Positions 5,267 to 15,967 of a stretch of DNA of 34,322 bases are shown piece by piece. This DNA is from Campylobacterota bacterium (GTDB lineage: Bacteria > Campylobacterota > Campylobacteria > Campylobacterales > Arcobacteraceae), in the NCBI GenBank assembly GCA_051746405.1, contig JBNJFB010000021.1:1-34322 (forward strand), in the 5' to 3' direction. Position 1 is the stretch's first letter; each line of letters opens with the position of its first letter. The notes beneath the pieces were generated by a model, which was not told the DNA's origin, ran no database searches, and saw only the letters and a program-made list of their open reading frames with translations. The translations under genes were made by a program, and so were the position numbers.

Positions 5267-6367
5267 ATGGATGCATACGAATACAATGAATTAATCAAAA
5301 ACTTAAATAAAAAACTTGAAAATATTACTGATATTTTAAAACCAAAGCTGTTAAATACTAGACTAAAAGAGATAGAGAGCCTTGAAGCACAACAAGAGTT
5401 TTGGAATGATGTACAAAACGCTACAAAAATAGGTATTGAAAAAAATAGAATACTATCTAAACTATCTAAATACAATAAAGCCTTTGAAGCACTAAATGGT
5501 ACAAATGAACTATACGAATTAGCCCTTGAAGAGAAAGATGATGAGACATTAGAGCTTCTACACCAAGAAGCAAGTGAACTAAAAAAACTCATAAAAGATA
5601 CAGAGATATCTGTAATGCTAAGTAATCCTGATGATGCTTCAAATGCTATAGTATCTATTCACCCAGGTGCGGGTGGTACAGAGTCACAAGACTGGGCTAA
5701 TATGCTATATAGAATGTACCTAAGATGGGCAGAGAGATACAACTACAAAGTTGAACTTTTTGATTATCAGCCTGGAGAAGAAGCTGGTATAAAAGATGTG
5801 TCATTTATCATAAAAGGTGAGAACTCATATGGATATCTTAAAGCAGAAAATGGTATTCATAGATTAGTTAGAATCTCGCCTTTTGATTCAAATGCAAAAA
5901 GACATACATCATTTGCATCAGTTATGGTAAGTCCTGAAATAGATGATAATATAAATATAGAAATAGAAGATAAAGATATTAGAATAGACACATATAGAGC
6001 AAGTGGTGCAGGTGGTCAGCATGTAAATAAAACAGAAAGTGCCATAAGAATCACACACATAGCTACAAACATAGTAGTTCAATGCCAAAACGATAGAAGC
6101 CAACATAAAAATAAAGCAAGTGCTATGAAAATGTTAAAAAGTAGGCTTTATGAGCTAGAACTAGAAAAACAAAAAGCAGCAGCAAACAATGGAAATGAAA
6201 ACAACAGTGAAATAGGATGGGGACATCAAATAAGATCATATGTACTACAACCATACCAACAAGTAAAAGATACAAGAAGCAATATAGGATACTCAAATGT
6301 TGAATCAATCCTAGATGGAGATATCACAAAAGTAATAGAAGATGTACTAATAGCAACTAGCAAGTAA
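5267..6367 (+). CDS. prfB: Peptide chain release factor 2
   Basis: SPF and GGQ motifs; start MDAYEY at 5267 with SD AAAGGA and TATAAT upstream; single reading frame. Confidence 0.97.
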   Translation: MDAYEYNELIKNLNKKLENITDILKPKLLNTRLKEIESLEAQQEFWNDVQNATKIGIEKNRILSKLSKYNKAFEALNGTNELYELALEEKDDETLELLHQEASELKKLIKDTEISVMLSNPDDASNAIVSIHPGAGGTESQDWANMLYRMYLRWAERYNYKVELFDYQPGEEAGIKDVSFIIKGENSYGYLKAENGIHRLVRISPFDSNAKRHTSFASVMVSPEIDDNINIEIEDKDIRIDTYRASGAGGQHVNKTESAIRITHIATNIVVQCQNDRSQHKNKASAMKMLKSRLYELELEKQKAAANNGNENNSEIGWGHQIRSYVLQPYQQVKDTRSNIGYSNVESILDGDITKVIEDVLIATSK

Positions 6368-6390
6368 AACGCGAAAAATAGTTTCGCGTT
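6368..6390. terminator. Hairpin between convergent prfB and DAHP synthase genes
   Basis: AACGCGAAA-AATAG-TTTCGCGTT. Confidence 0.65.
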
Positions 6391-6404
6391 GGAGGTAGAT
6401 TTGT

Positions 6405-7772
6405 CTATACTATGATATCTTTTCTTGCCTCTTTTAAAGTATCAGCTATCATAAATGCCAACTCTAAAGCTTGGTCTGCATTTAGTCTTGGGTCACACTG
6501 AGTATGATACCTACTACCTAGATTCTCTTTTGTAATAGCAGAGCTTGTACTACCTGTACACTCAGTTACATCTTGTCCTGTCATCTCTAAGTGAATACCA
6601 CCTGCATAAGTCCCCTCTGACCTATGTATTTGGAAGAACTTTCTAACTTCACTTAAAATAGCTTCAAAATCTCTTGTTTTATAGCCATTATCAGTTTTGA
6701 TAGTATTTCCATGCATTGGGTCAGATGACCATAATACATTTTTACCCTCTTTTTTAACTCTTGCTAATAGATTTGGGAAGTGGTCTTCTATTTTGTTTGC
6801 ACCCATTCTAACTATTAGATTTAATCTACCTGCTTCATTTTGGGGGTTTAGCTTATCAATTAACTGAATTAGTTCATCCTCTTTCATAGAAGGTCCAACC
6901 TTACATGCAATAGGGTTTTTAATTCCTCTAAAGTACTCTATATGAGCATCTTTTAAATCTCTAGTTCTATCACCAATCCAAAGCATATGAGCAGCACAGT
7001 TAAACCAATCACCTGTAATAGAGTCTTTTCTAGTAAGTGCCTCTTCATAGTTTAAAAGTAAGGCTTCATGGGAAGTATAAAGAGATGTTTCACTTAGTTG
7101 AGCTGTATTTTGGCTTGTAATACCGCATGATTTCATAAAATTAAGTGCTTCAGTGATTCTATTTGATACCTCATCATATCTTTCATCTAGCTCATTATCT
7201 TTTAAAAATCCAAGATTCCATAGTTGAACTTGATTTAAATCAGCCATACCACCTCTTGAAAATGCTCTTAAAAGATTCATAGTAGCAGCACTTTGATTAT
7301 AAGCTTTTAGTAGTTTTTTGGGTTTTGGATTTCTAGCTTTTTCTGTAAACTCCATATCATTTACAATATCACCTCTGTATGATGGCAATGCTATTCCATT
7401 TACTTCCTCAAAATCAGAACTTCTAGGTTTTGCAAACTGTCCTGCAACTCGCCCTACTTTTACCACAGGACAACCACCTGAGAAAGTTAAGACAACTGCC
7501 ATTTGCATCATTGCTTTAAATAAATCTTTAATATTGTTTGCATCAAACGCAGCAAATGACTCAGCACAATCACCACCTTGTAATAAAAAAGCTTTTCCAT
7601 TTACAACATCTGCTAACTTACTTTTTAAGCTTAGTGCTTCACCTGCAAAAATCAAAGGAGGATAAGACTTTAGCTCATTTTCTACTTTAATTAATTTTTC
7701 CAAATCATTATAAGTTGGTTGTTGTTTTATTGGAAAATCTCTCCAACTACTTGGGTTCCAGTTTTTCATCAT
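6405..7772 (-). CDS. Class II DAHP synthase
   Basis: [31 protein letters not shown] and CDPRLN motifs. Confidence 0.95.
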   Translation of the reverse strand: MMKNWNPSSWRDFPIKQQPTYNDLEKLIKVENELKSYPPLIFAGEALSLKSKLADVVNGKAFLLQGGDCAESFAAFDANNIKDLFKAMMQMAVVLTFSGGCPVVKVGRVAGQFAKPRSSDFEEVNGIALPSYRGDIVNDMEFTEKARNPKPKKLLKAYNQSAATMNLLRAFSRGGMADLNQVQLWNLGFLKDNELDERYDEVSNRITEALNFMKSCGITSQNTAQLSETSLYTSHEALLLNYEEALTRKDSITGDWFNCAAHMLWIGDRTRDLKDAHIEYFRGIKNPIACKVGPSMKEDELIQLIDKLNPQNEAGRLNLIVRMGANKIEDHFPNLLARVKKEGKNVLWSSDPMHGNTIKTDNGYKTRDFEAILSEVRKFFQIHRSEGTYAGGIHLEMTGQDVTECTGSTSSAITKENLGSRYHTQCDPRLNADQALELAFMIADTLKEARKDIIV

Positions 7773-7853
7773 TTCACCTCTGTTTTTTAATAATATTAGA
7801 TTTTATCTAAATCAAACTTAATAAAATTCTAACTTTTTGTTACTAACTTGTAA

Positions 7854-8846
7854 CTATTTTACAAGCTTTTCTAGTAAATCTCTAAAAGATACCTTGAACG
7901 CATCTAAGCCATCATCTAAAAGCTTTTTATATACCTCATCTAGCTTTATGCCATTGGTTTTTAATAGCTCAAAATACTCTTCACACTCATCTTCACTTAA
8001 TATCTTAGACTCTTTTTTTTGTCCTACTTGCAGCCAATCTTCAATAGTATTTAAAGGTGCTGTATTTACACTATTTGGGAAAATTAAGTTATCAACATAA
8101 TAAGATGGTGCTAAATCATCACCTTTTACACCTGTACTTGCAAAAAGTGTTCTTATATTTGAGTTTTTAAGCTTATTTACTTCATGGTAACATTTTGTGG
8201 CATTTACAACTCCTAATTTAGCTGTTTTTAGTCCTTTTTCTAAAAGCAAACTATCACACTGTCTATCAAACCTTGAAACAAAAACAGATACAACAGCTTT
8301 AATATCTTTGTTTGATTCTGTAATACCCTCATCTAATGCTTGGGCACACTTTAAAGCTTGTTGTGGTGAGAATATCAAAGTAGCATTTACATGAATACCT
8401 CTTGAAGTTAGCTCTCTCATAGCTATATAACCAGCTTGAGTTGCAGGAACTTTTATCATCACATTATCTGCACCAATTGAAGTGTTTAGTCTAACTCCCT
8501 CATCAATAGTACCTTGAGCATCATCACATAAAGTTGGGTCAACCTCAATAGATATAAAACCATCATCACTATCATTTGTATGCAGTTCATCAAGTAAAAA
8601 AGCTGCTCTTTTTATATCAGTCAAAGCTAACTCTTCATAGATTGTCTTTGCATTATTTGCTTGTAACATATCAAGCTGTTGTTTGTATGCAACAGAGTTA
8701 CTAATAGAAGATGCAAAAATTGCAGGGTTTGATGTGGCACCTTGAATAGTTTTATTCTCTATAATCTCTTTAAACTTATTCTCTAAGAACTCTCTTTCTA
8801 TAAAATCGCACCATAAAGAGTAGTTTATATCTTCTTTTAAACTCAT
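7854..8846 (-). CDS. tal: Transaldolase
   Basis: GATSNPAIF, NVMIKVPAT, VNATLIFS, SVFVSRFD and LFASTG motifs. Confidence 0.95.
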   Translation of the reverse strand: MSLKEDINYSLWCDFIEREFLENKFKEIIENKTIQGATSNPAIFASSISNSVAYKQQLDMLQANNAKTIYEELALTDIKRAAFLLDELHTNDSDDGFISIEVDPTLCDDAQGTIDEGVRLNTSIGADNVMIKVPATQAGYIAMRELTSRGIHVNATLIFSPQQALKCAQALDEGITESNKDIKAVVSVFVSRFDRQCDSLLLEKGLKTAKLGVVNATKCYHEVNKLKNSNIRTLFASTGVKGDDLAPSYYVDNLIFPNSVNTAPLNTIEDWLQVGQKKESKILSEDECEEYFELLKTNGIKLDEVYKKLLDDGLDAFKVSFRDLLEKLVK

Positions 8847-8848
8847 AT

Positions 8849-9478
8849 TTAGTTTCCTTGTAAATTATCTAAAATTTTAGTTAAATCTTTTGTGTCAATA
8901 ATAATATTAGCTTCTTTCTTTAATACCTCTTTAGCACAAAAAGCTATTCTAGTATCAGCTTTATCAAACATTGATAAATCATTTGCTCCATCTCCACAAA
9001 CCAGTGTATTTTGCTTTGAGATACCTAAAATATCTTGTAGTCTTTGAATCATATCACCCTTTGAGTGTCCAAACATCATATCTCCACCAACTAATCCTGT
9101 TAGTATTTCATCTTTTTCATGTAGTATATTTGAAAAATCTGCATCAAGACCTAGCTTCTTTTTTGCAGGTGAAGTGGCTATTCTAAAACCACCTGAAAAA
9201 CAAACAACTTTGTACCCCATCTTTTTTAATTCAGGTATTACTTCATAAGCCCCATTCATAAGTGGTAAATCCTGGCAAATCTCTACAGCTTTTTTATACT
9301 CTAACCCTTTTAGTAAGGTAACCCTTTGAATCAGAGACTCAAAAAAATCAAGCTCTCCAGCCATAGCTTTTTGGGTAATAGTTGCTACTTTTTCCTCTAA
9401 ACCTAAAGGCTTAGCAAGAAAATCAATAGTCTCCCCATCCATAAGTGTAGAATCAAAATCAAATACAGCTAATTTCAT
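8849..9478 (-). CDS. serB: Phosphoserine phosphatase
   Basis: HAD motifs FDFDSTL, SGGF and GDGANDL. Confidence 0.93.
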   Translation of the reverse strand: MKLAVFDFDSTLMDGETIDFLAKPLGLEEKVATITQKAMAGELDFFESLIQRVTLLKGLEYKKAVEICQDLPLMNGAYEVIPELKKMGYKVVCFSGGFRIATSPAKKKLGLDADFSNILHEKDEILTGLVGGDMMFGHSKGDMIQRLQDILGISKQNTLVCGDGANDLSMFDKADTRIAFCAKEVLKKEANIIIDTKDLTKILDNLQGN

Positions 9479-9543
9479 ATATCTTCCCTAATTTTAGTCT
9501 TTAAAAGTTATAATAGTATCTAAATTTTACTAAAGGAAACTAT

Positions 9544-9918
9544 TTGAAGTTAGCCTCAATAGATATAGGACTTAAAAGAATTGGCATAGCCATATGCTTA
9601 GGTATGGATATAGTAACCCCCAAAGAAGCAGTTATAAGAAAAAATAGAAACCAAGCTGCAAGGGATGTAAATGAGTTTTTAAAACAGTGGGAGATAGATA
9701 AACTAATAGTTGGATACCCAAGTGCCAGTGAGGATATGCAAAAGAGAATAAAGCACTTCGTAAACCTGCTTGAGCTTAAAATACCATATGAGTTTCAAGA
9801 AGAGAATATGAGCTCAGTAGAAGCAAAAGAGCTAATAAAAGGTGATATAAAACAAAAAAGAGATGGTAGAATAGACTCTATAGCTGCTAAAATTATTTTA
9901 GAAAGATATTTAACTTGA
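9544..9918 (+). CDS. ruvX: YqgF/RuvX family nuclease
   Basis: SIDIGLKRIGIA, VGYP and IDSIAAKIIL motifs; TTG start with SD AAAGGA. Confidence 0.92.
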   Translation: MKLASIDIGLKRIGIAICLGMDIVTPKEAVIRKNRNQAARDVNEFLKQWEIDKLIVGYPSASEDMQKRIKHFVNLLELKIPYEFQEENMSSVEAKELIKGDIKQKRDGRIDSIAAKIILERYLT

Positions 9919-9943
9919 TTTATGAATGTATATATGCTATCAT
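9915..9943 (+). promoter_or_regulatory. Promoter of the PIN TA operon (predicted leaderless transcript)
   Basis: TTGATT-N17-TATCAT with extended TG; the ATG follows 6 nt after the -10. Confidence 0.65.
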
Positions 9944-9949
9944 TAGCTT

Positions 9950-10369
9950 ATGAAAATAGTAATAGATACAAGTGTATGGATATCCGCACTAATCAAAAAA
10001 AATAGCAAATCAAGAGAGCTGCTAAGATTGGTTTTTCAAGCAAAGTTTCATCCACAAATGAGCGAGGCACTTTTTAAGGAACTCGAAGATGTTATGAAAA
10101 GAAAAAAGATTCAGGACTTGACACCTTTGAGTCTAGTGGAGCAAAATGAACTTTTAGAAGCTTATCTTTCAACTTGCAAATGGAATGAGATTTACTATAC
10201 ATGGAGACCAAATTTAAAAGATGAAAATGATAACTTTGTGGTGGAGCTAGCTGTTGCTAGTGGAACAGGAGCTATCATCACTTACAATGTCAAAGACTTT
10301 AAAAGTGCGGAGTTAATCTTTAAACATAAAGTTACAACGCCAGAAAATTTTATAAAGGGGATGTTATGA
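9950..10369 (+). CDS. PIN-domain toxin (VapC-like, PIN_3 type)
   Basis: VIDTSVWISAL, WRPNLKDENDNFVVELAV and IITYNVKDF motifs. Confidence 0.9.
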   Translation: MKIVIDTSVWISALIKKNSKSRELLRLVFQAKFHPQMSEALFKELEDVMKRKKIQDLTPLSLVEQNELLEAYLSTCKWNEIYYTWRPNLKDENDNFVVELAVASGTGAIITYNVKDFKSAELIFKHKVTTPENFIKGML

Positions 10370-10584
10370 GTACAATTACACTAAGAATGCCGGATGCTAA
10401 ACATGAAAGATTAAAACAGTATGCCAAAGAGCAAGGAATTAGCTTAAACAAGCTTTTTGATGAATTTGCAACTGTAGCACTTGCACAGTTTGATGCTAAA
10501 ACAAGATTTGAAGTAAAAGCTTCAAAAGGAAGTACTGAAAAAGGATTGCAGATTTTAGATAAGCTAGATAAAGAATTGAAATAA
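10366..10584 (+). CDS. RHH (HicB-like) antitoxin
   Basis: MSTITLRMPDAKHERLKQYAKEQGISLN ribbon-helix-helix pattern; ATGA overlap with the toxin. Confidence 0.85.
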   Translation: MSTITLRMPDAKHERLKQYAKEQGISLNKLFDEFATVALAQFDAKTRFEVKASKGSTEKGLQILDKLDKELK

Positions 10585-10612
10585 TATTCTAATAATAGGG
10601 TATGCAGCAATC

Positions 10613-10963
10613 TTACTTTTTTATATTATGTACTACAGCTATTGCTATGCCATCATCATGGGTTATGGATAAGTAAGAGCTTTTTATCTTAAACTTTTTT
10701 CTTATAGCTTTTTTATATTTTAGTTTAGGTGCACCTTTTTTTGACTTTTTTATAATAATATCATGAAAACCACACTCTTTTCCAATACCAGTACCCAAAG
10801 CTTTACTAGCAGCTTCCTTAGCAGCCCAAAAACCAGCTGCTGTTTGGGGTCTTTTTACAAGAGCTATCTCATCTTGACTTAAAAACTTTTCATAAGCTTT
10901 CATACCAAATCTTTCATACATCTTTTTTATTCTATTTATAGAAGTTACATCAATACCTATCAT
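10613..10963 (-). CDS. acpS: Holo-ACP synthase
   Basis: [20 protein letters not shown] and LSITHD motifs; start trimmed to 10963. Confidence 0.95.
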   Translation of the reverse strand: MIGIDVTSINRIKKMYERFGMKAYEKFLSQDEIALVKRPQTAAGFWAAKEAASKALGTGIGKECGFHDIIIKKSKKGAPKLKYKKAIRKKFKIKSSYLSITHDDGIAIAVVHNIKK

Positions 10964-11079
10964 TTTAAATACTCTTTTTAATTTACTGTTATACACTATT
11001 TTATTTTATCTAAAAGATACTTTGTAAATTTAAAATCAATTTTTGCCAACTTAAAAGCTATTTTTGTATAATATTATTT

Positions 11080-12039
11080 ATGAAAATATTTATCAAAAAA
11101 CTATTTTATCTTATTGGGATGCTTTTTATTATTAGTATTATCTCATTTTTAGCAGTAAACTTAGCTCCTAACTCTTTTTTTGCAAGTGGGCAGCTAAATC
11201 CAAATATCACACAAGAATCCATACAGCAGTTAAAGGCTGTGTATGGTTTAGATGAGCCTTTACATATTCAATATTTTTCTTGGTTAATTGCTATTTTACA
11301 GCTTGATTTTGGTATATCCTTTGCTTCTGGGAATGCTGTTAAAAATGAGATTTTAGATAGATTACCAATTACACTTATTATAAATATAGTTTCAATGATT
11401 TTCATTTTTATTTTATCTTTATACTTAGGTGTTAAGGCTGCTTTGTCTAAAGGCTCTTTTAAAGATAAAACTATTAGTCAGTTATCACTTGTAAGTTTTT
11501 CTATGCCCTCATTTTATTTGGCTTTGATTTTAGTTTTGATTTTTGCTATAAATCTTGAAATTTTACCAATAGCAGGACTTCACTCTGTAAGTGATGATGG
11601 AAGTTTAGCTTACTATTTAGATTTTGCATGGCACTTGATTTTGCCTATTTTTTTGATAGTATTTAGTGGTATTGGAAGTTTGACCTTATATATTAGGTCA
11701 CTTACTATTGAGATTTTAAAATCAGATTATATCTTTTTTGCAAAAGCTAGGGGCATTGATAATAGAAAAATATTAAGATACTATATTTTACCAAACCTTT
11801 ACCCACCTGTTATTACACTTCTTGGATTATCACTTCCTGGAATTATTGGTGGTTCTGTTATATTGGAGACTATTTTTTCTATTGATGGTATGGGATTGTT
11901 GTTTTATCAAAGTGCTTTATCTAGGGACTATCCTGTGATAATGGGTATTTTAATTATTGGTGCTTTTTTAACGCTTTTGGGAAATATAATAGCAGATTTA
12001 GTATTACTAAAGCTAAATCCAAACTATAATGAAAAATAA
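11080..12039 (+). CDS. ABC transporter permease, DppB/OppB family
   Basis: YGLDEPL..QY, DFGIS, AKARG, ETIFSIDGMG and RDYPVI motifs. Confidence 0.9.
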   Translation: MKIFIKKLFYLIGMLFIISIISFLAVNLAPNSFFASGQLNPNITQESIQQLKAVYGLDEPLHIQYFSWLIAILQLDFGISFASGNAVKNEILDRLPITLIINIVSMIFIFILSLYLGVKAALSKGSFKDKTISQLSLVSFSMPSFYLALILVLIFAINLEILPIAGLHSVSDDGSLAYYLDFAWHLILPIFLIVFSGIGSLTLYIRSLTIEILKSDYIFFAKARGIDNRKILRYYILPNLYPPVITLLGLSLPGIIGGSVILETIFSIDGMGLLFYQSALSRDYPVIMGILIIGAFLTLLGNIIADLVLLKLNPNYNEK

Positions 12040-12058
12040 TAATATTTAAGGAATTTAT

Positions 12059-12877
12059 TTGAAAGTAATAAAAACTATTAATCAGTTACAAGAAATAAGA
12101 AAAGATATTAGTTCAAGTGTTGGTTTTGTACCTACTATGGGAGCTTTACACGATGGACATATATCATTAATCAAAAAAGCAAGACAAGACAATGATATAG
12201 TTTTTGTATCTGTTTTTGTAAATCCTACACAGTTTTTACCAGGTGAAGATTTGGATGCATATCCACGAAAAGAAGCAGCTGATATTAGAATATGTGAGAT
12301 GTGCAAGGTGGATTATCTATTTATGCCAGAGGTTTGTTCAATATATAAAGCCAATGAAGTGCTAATAAAAGCCCCAAATAAAAGCTATATCTTAGAAGGT
12401 ATAACTAGACCTGGGCACTTTGATGGTGTATTACAAGTGGTTATGAAGCTTTTTGGTTTGATTCAACCTACAAATGCATATTTTGGCAAAAAAGACGCTC
12501 AACAACTCTCACTAATAACACAAATGGTTAGAGACTTTTTCTTGCCTATTAATATAGTACCTTGTGATATTATTAGAGAAAAAGATGGGCTTGCAATGAG
12601 CTCTAGAAATGTATATCTTGACCAACAACAAAGAAAAGATGCTTTGCTTATTTCAAAGTCACTTTATAGTGCAGCATCTCTTATAGCTAAAGGGCAAAGG
12701 GAGTTATCAATAATTGAAAAGAAGATATATGAAGTTATGGCTCCTTTAGATGTTGAATATGTCGCGTTTGTTGATAGGGATTTTAACGAAATAGAGACTA
12801 TAAAGCTTAAAAATACAATTATTTTAGTAGTTGCAAGATTTGGTGATACTAGACTTCTTGATAATATTTGGATTTAA
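12059..12877 (+). CDS. panC: Pantoate-beta-alanine ligase
   Basis: PTMGALHDGH, RPGHFDGV, FGKKDAQQ and AMSSRN motifs. Confidence 0.97.
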   Translation: MKVIKTINQLQEIRKDISSSVGFVPTMGALHDGHISLIKKARQDNDIVFVSVFVNPTQFLPGEDLDAYPRKEAADIRICEMCKVDYLFMPEVCSIYKANEVLIKAPNKSYILEGITRPGHFDGVLQVVMKLFGLIQPTNAYFGKKDAQQLSLITQMVRDFFLPINIVPCDIIREKDGLAMSSRNVYLDQQQRKDALLISKSLYSAASLIAKGQRELSIIEKKIYEVMAPLDVEYVAFVDRDFNEIETIKLKNTIILVVARFGDTRLLDNIWI

Positions 12878-12933
12878 TTTTTATTTTTTTACTAAAGTTA
12901 TGATAAAATTGCGAAAAATACAATAGGTAATAT

Positions 12934-14286
12934 ATGAAATTTTCAACTCAAACTCCTCAAAAAACACTACATCTTGTATCCCTTGGTTGTACAAAAAACC
13001 TTGTGGATTCAGAAGTGATGCTTGGAAAACTAAAAGATTATGCACTTACAGATGATACATCTAATGCAGATGTTATCATAGTGAACACTTGTGGATTTAT
13101 TGACTCTGCAAAGCAAGAGAGTATAAACACCATTTTAAACTTACATGAGCAAAGAAAAGAGCAGTCAGTTTTAGTAATGGCTGGATGCTTAAGCCAAAGA
13201 TATAAAGAGCAGTTACAAGATGAACTTCCTGAAATAGATGTGTTTACAGGTGTTGGTGACTATGATAGAATAGATGAACTTGTAAATAAAAAAAGTTCCA
13301 CTTTTACAAATGAAGTATTTTTAGCAAACGATACAAACGATAGAATTATCACAGGTTCAAACTACCATGCCTATGTAAAACTAAGTGAGGGGTGTAATCA
13401 AGTTTGCTCATTTTGTGCTATTCCTAGCTTCAAAGGAAAACTTCACTCAAGAACATTAGCTTCACTAGAAAAAGAGGTGAAATCTCTTGTATCACAAGGG
13501 TTTACGGATTTCTCTTTTGTATCACAAGACTCATCATCATTTTTAAGAGATTTAGGACATAAAGATGGTTTAGAACAGTTAGTCTCAACTGTAGAAAAAA
13601 TCGAGGGTGTTAAAACTGCTAGAATTTTATACCTTTACCCATCAACAACTACTTTATCACTTATTGATAAAATAGCTGAGTCAAATGTATTTGTAAACTA
13701 CTTTGATATGCCACTTCAACATATCTCACCCTCAATGCTTAAAATCATGAAAAGAGGAAAAGGGGTTGATAAACTAATTGAGCTTATGGACCATATGAAA
13801 TCAAAACCAAACTCTTTTGTACGAACTACTTTTATTGCAGGTCATCCAGGTGAAACACAAGAGGATTTTGAAGCTTTATGTGATTATGTACAAAACTATA
13901 AGTTTGATAGGGCAAATGTATTCTCTTATTCTGATGAAGAGGGAACAACAGCTGCAACTAGAGAAGATAAAATACAGCAAAAAACTATCGATGAAAGAGC
14001 AGGAATATTAGGTGAAATTATTGCTAAAACTACTCAAGAGTCACTAAAAAAAGAGATAGGAAAAACTTTTGAAGTTTATGTGGATGGAGAGAGTGAAGAG
14101 CATGAGTACTTATTAAGTGCTAGAAAAACTACTTGGGCTGTTGATATTGATGGTGAAATATATATAAATGACAATGAGCTTGTAGATGAAAAAGGTGAGC
14201 AAAAACAGTTAAAGTTTGGAGAAATATATACTGTAAAAATCACTGAACTTGTGGGCGATAAACTACTAGCAACTGTAATTAAATAA
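12934..14286 (+). CDS. rimO: Ribosomal protein S12 methylthiotransferase
   Basis: SLGCTKNLVDSE, NTCGFIDSAKQES, radical SAM CxxxCxxC and DIDG motifs. Confidence 0.95.
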   Translation: MKFSTQTPQKTLHLVSLGCTKNLVDSEVMLGKLKDYALTDDTSNADVIIVNTCGFIDSAKQESINTILNLHEQRKEQSVLVMAGCLSQRYKEQLQDELPEIDVFTGVGDYDRIDELVNKKSSTFTNEVFLANDTNDRIITGSNYHAYVKLSEGCNQVCSFCAIPSFKGKLHSRTLASLEKEVKSLVSQGFTDFSFVSQDSSSFLRDLGHKDGLEQLVSTVEKIEGVKTARILYLYPSTTTLSLIDKIAESNVFVNYFDMPLQHISPSMLKIMKRGKGVDKLIELMDHMKSKPNSFVRTTFIAGHPGETQEDFEALCDYVQNYKFDRANVFSYSDEEGTTAATREDKIQQKTIDERAGILGEIIAKTTQESLKKEIGKTFEVYVDGESEEHEYLLSARKTTWAVDIDGEIYINDNELVDEKGEQKQLKFGEIYTVKITELVGDKLLATVIK

Positions 14287-14290
14287 ATTT

Positions 14291-15274
14291 ATGAACATAG
14301 ATTTCAAAGATATAAAAAAGTCAAAAAATCTTTTAGCTTTCTCAGCTGGGGTTGACTCAACTGCACTATTTTTTATGCTTGTTAAAGATAGCATACCTTT
14401 TGATATTGCTATTGTTGATTATAATCAAAGGCAACAATCAAAACAAGAGGTAGCTTATGCAAAAAAACTTGCAAAGAGTTACAATAAGCAAATTTTTGTA
14501 AAAGAAGTATTTTTAGAAGAGTCAAACTTTGAGAAAAAAGCAAGGGATGTAAGATACACTTTTTTTGAACAGATAATTAAAGAGCATAACTATACTAATC
14601 TAATAACAGCTCATCAGCTTGATGATAAACTTGAATGGTTTATGATGCAACTTACAAAAGGAGCTGGACTTTTTGAACTAATTGGGTTAAATGAGTGGGA
14701 ACAAAGAGATAACTACAAAATCTTTAAACCACTACTTAACGTATCAAAACAAGAGTTAGAAAACTATCTAAATGAAAATAAGATAAACTATTTTGTTGAT
14801 AAATCAAATTATGATGAAAAATATAGAAGAAACTACTTTAGGCATAATATAACTAATCTATTAATCAAAAACCATAAAGAGGGTATTAAAAAATCATTTG
14901 AGTATCTACAAAGTGATTTAAACTCCCTTAAGTTAGATAGTAATCCGATTTTAAAAATAAAAGAGTTAGAAGTATTTAAAACTTCAAAAGATGATAATAT
15001 AAATATTAGAGTAATAGATAAAAATCTTAAAAAAAGAGGATTTATAATCTCAAAAGCAACAAGAGATGAGATAATAAAACAAAAACAGTTAGTAATCTCA
15101 CACGAAATCTCTATTAGCATACTTCTTGATTATATATGGATTTCTCCAACTAATAATATCAGTATGGATAAAAAATTCAAAGAGAAGTGTCGTATTAAAA
15201 AAATACCGAAAAATATAAGAGGATATTTATATAAAGAGAGTATTAACTTAGATAAAATTAATTTTAGTTTTTAG
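14291..15274 (+). CDS. tilS: tRNA(Ile)-lysidine synthetase
   Basis: SAGVDS PP-loop, E..AR..RY, TAHQLDD and RRNYFRH motifs. Confidence 0.92.
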   Translation: MNIDFKDIKKSKNLLAFSAGVDSTALFFMLVKDSIPFDIAIVDYNQRQQSKQEVAYAKKLAKSYNKQIFVKEVFLEESNFEKKARDVRYTFFEQIIKEHNYTNLITAHQLDDKLEWFMMQLTKGAGLFELIGLNEWEQRDNYKIFKPLLNVSKQELENYLNENKINYFVDKSNYDEKYRRNYFRHNITNLLIKNHKEGIKKSFEYLQSDLNSLKLDSNPILKIKELEVFKTSKDDNINIRVIDKNLKKRGFIISKATRDEIIKQKQLVISHEISISILLDYIWISPTNNISMDKKFKEKCRIKKIPKNIRGYLYKESINLDKINFSF

Positions 15275-15277
15275 TTT

Positions 15278-15547
15278 TTAGTTTTTAACAAACTCTTTCA
15301 TTTTTTTAGTTTCATCTAAATCTTTTTTTGTACTTACCACATGATTTTTTAAAAATCTTATATTCTTAAAAAATAGTTCATCTAGTTTTTTTAGGTCTTC
15401 TAGTTCTAAATCAAAGTTTTCAATAGTTCCTTCTTGCAGGTATTTTTCATACCAAGCGACTAAACCATCTGCTTTTTCATAAGACTCCAGTGAATCAACT
15501 CTTGTCAATTCACTTAAAGCTTCTAAAGACCAGTCTCTTCTTTCCAT
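15278..15547 (-). CDS. Hypothetical helical protein overlapping the fliS 3' end (FliT-like position)
   Basis: 89-aa ORF overlapping fliS; no motif recognised. Confidence 0.6.
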   Translation of the reverse strand: MERRDWSLEALSELTRVDSLESYEKADGLVAWYEKYLQEGTIENFDLELEDLKKLDELFFKNIRFLKNHVVSTKKDLDETKKMKEFVKN

Positions 15548-15879
15548 GCTTCAATAAGTCCTTGTGCAACTTTCATAACTTGATTCACTGCATTTACGTT
15601 ATCGTCAATTCCAGCAGAAAAAAGAGTTTCTATTTGATACAGATATAATCCATCAAGATAATATGCAACATCACCGCCATCAAAATCTAAGACATTTCTA
15701 AGTTCATCAAAAATTGCAATAGTTTTATTTATATATGTAAACTTTGCTTCCACATCACCCTCTTCCATTGCACTTTTAACAAATGAAAGGTACTTGATAG
15801 TTCCTTCGTAAAGTTTCAATACCAATACATATGGATCATCTGACACAGCATTTTGTTGGTTATAAACATCTAATCCCAT
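15523..15879 (-). CDS. fliS: Flagellar export chaperone FliS
   Basis: P..LVLKLYEG.I, LDFDGGDVA..L..LY and EAW motifs; downstream of fliD. Confidence 0.9.
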   Translation of the reverse strand: MGLDVYNQQNAVSDDPYVLVLKLYEGTIKYLSFVKSAMEEGDVEAKFTYINKTIAIFDELRNVLDFDGGDVAYYLDGLYLYQIETLFSAGIDDNVNAVNQVMKVAQGLIEAWKEETGL

Positions 15880-15937
15880 TAATTACTCCGCTAGTTATAT
15901 ACTAAATAGTATATTATATATTTGCTTAATTCTTAAC

Positions 15938-15966
15938 AAAAAAGAGAAAAACAGTTTTCTCTTTTT
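15938..15966 (-). terminator. Intrinsic terminator after fliD
   Basis: AAAAAGAGAAAA-CTGT-TTTTCTCTTTTTT on the minus strand. Confidence 0.7.
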
Positions 15967-15967
15967 A

